From Anolis carolinensis (Eukaryota), in NCBI RefSeq assembly GCF_035594765.1, contig NC_085841.1, positions 61,177,636 to 61,241,635 on the forward strand: DNA of 64,000 nucleotides, written 5' to 3'. This document shows positions 63,396 through 64,000 of this stretch, piece by piece. The notes under the pieces are model-generated. The model was not told the origin of the DNA and did not search any database. It saw only the letters and a program-made list of their open reading frames with translations. Within the stretch, counting starts at the first letter, position 1. Each line of letters begins with the position of its first letter. The position numbers were made by a program, and so were the translations under genes.

Positions 63396-64000
63396 TGTGT
63401 GTAGCTTGGGGAAAGGAAGAGGAGAAGGAGGTGGAAAATCCCCATCTCTCCAGACTTATAAAAAAAGAGGAGTAACATTACATATTGCTTGAACTTTCTG
63501 ATACGGTAGTATATTTTGATCAAAAATATTGTACGATAATGTAATAAAATGTTTAATTATTATAAATATTTTAGATATATTTTCAAAATATTGATGTATC
63601 TGTACCCTGTTCAATGTCTAAAAGTTCAGGGGATTCTACAATAACAATTGTTTCCCCCCTCTATTGATTTCAATTTTAAAAAAATAAAATAAGGTCACAG
63701 CATTGAGCTTCTTTCATTCATTATGGCTTCCTTCTACCACCTGCTGGATTTAGAGGTAACTGCAGCAGAAGACAACATTGTCAAATTTCTATCCAAAATC
63801 TTTCATTCCTTAAATCCATTTTGTTTCCTTCAAAAATGTTCCTAAGTGGGAATAGTCAAGATGTAGCATTAGATATTTTACTGCCTGATAAGTCCAAGAA
63901 AGTTGCCAAAGCTGAAAGCAATCCCTAGACATATTTTACAGATGCACAAGGCTTAGTTTGATCATCCAATAAAAAGTGAAATACTGAGTAATGGTTGATG

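Overview
Vertebrate, repeat-rich non-coding DNA. The repeat content (Sauria SINEs, BovB/RTE, L2, CR1, Dong/R4, SPIN and other hAT MITEs, Tc1/mariner-pogo and Harbinger-like MITEs, a Helitron, solo LTRs) points to a squamate reptile, most likely an Anolis lizard (inference). I recognise no cellular protein-coding gene, tRNA/rRNA gene or CRISPR array. ORFs with recognisable products are decayed retrotransposon fragments; the rest look like chance or microsatellite ORFs, so the window is probably intergenic or inside a large intron. The most interesting structures are: (1) a complete 1.6-kb non-autonomous Helitron with a GC/CpG-rich cargo, exon-like splice signals and an exact 75-bp-period (150-bp dimeric) repeat array; (2) a Sauria SINE flanked by a ~100-bp target duplication; (3) a three-level nested insertion ending in a TAA-targeting Dong/R4 LINE; (4) an inverted duplication of a MITE end together with its flank; (5) a SPIN MITE carrying a ~140-bp repeat; (6) a spacerless AT palindrome; (7) several candidate enhancers. 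I cannot support a claim of a wholly new biological system. Repeat family names come from recalled consensus features, not a database search.
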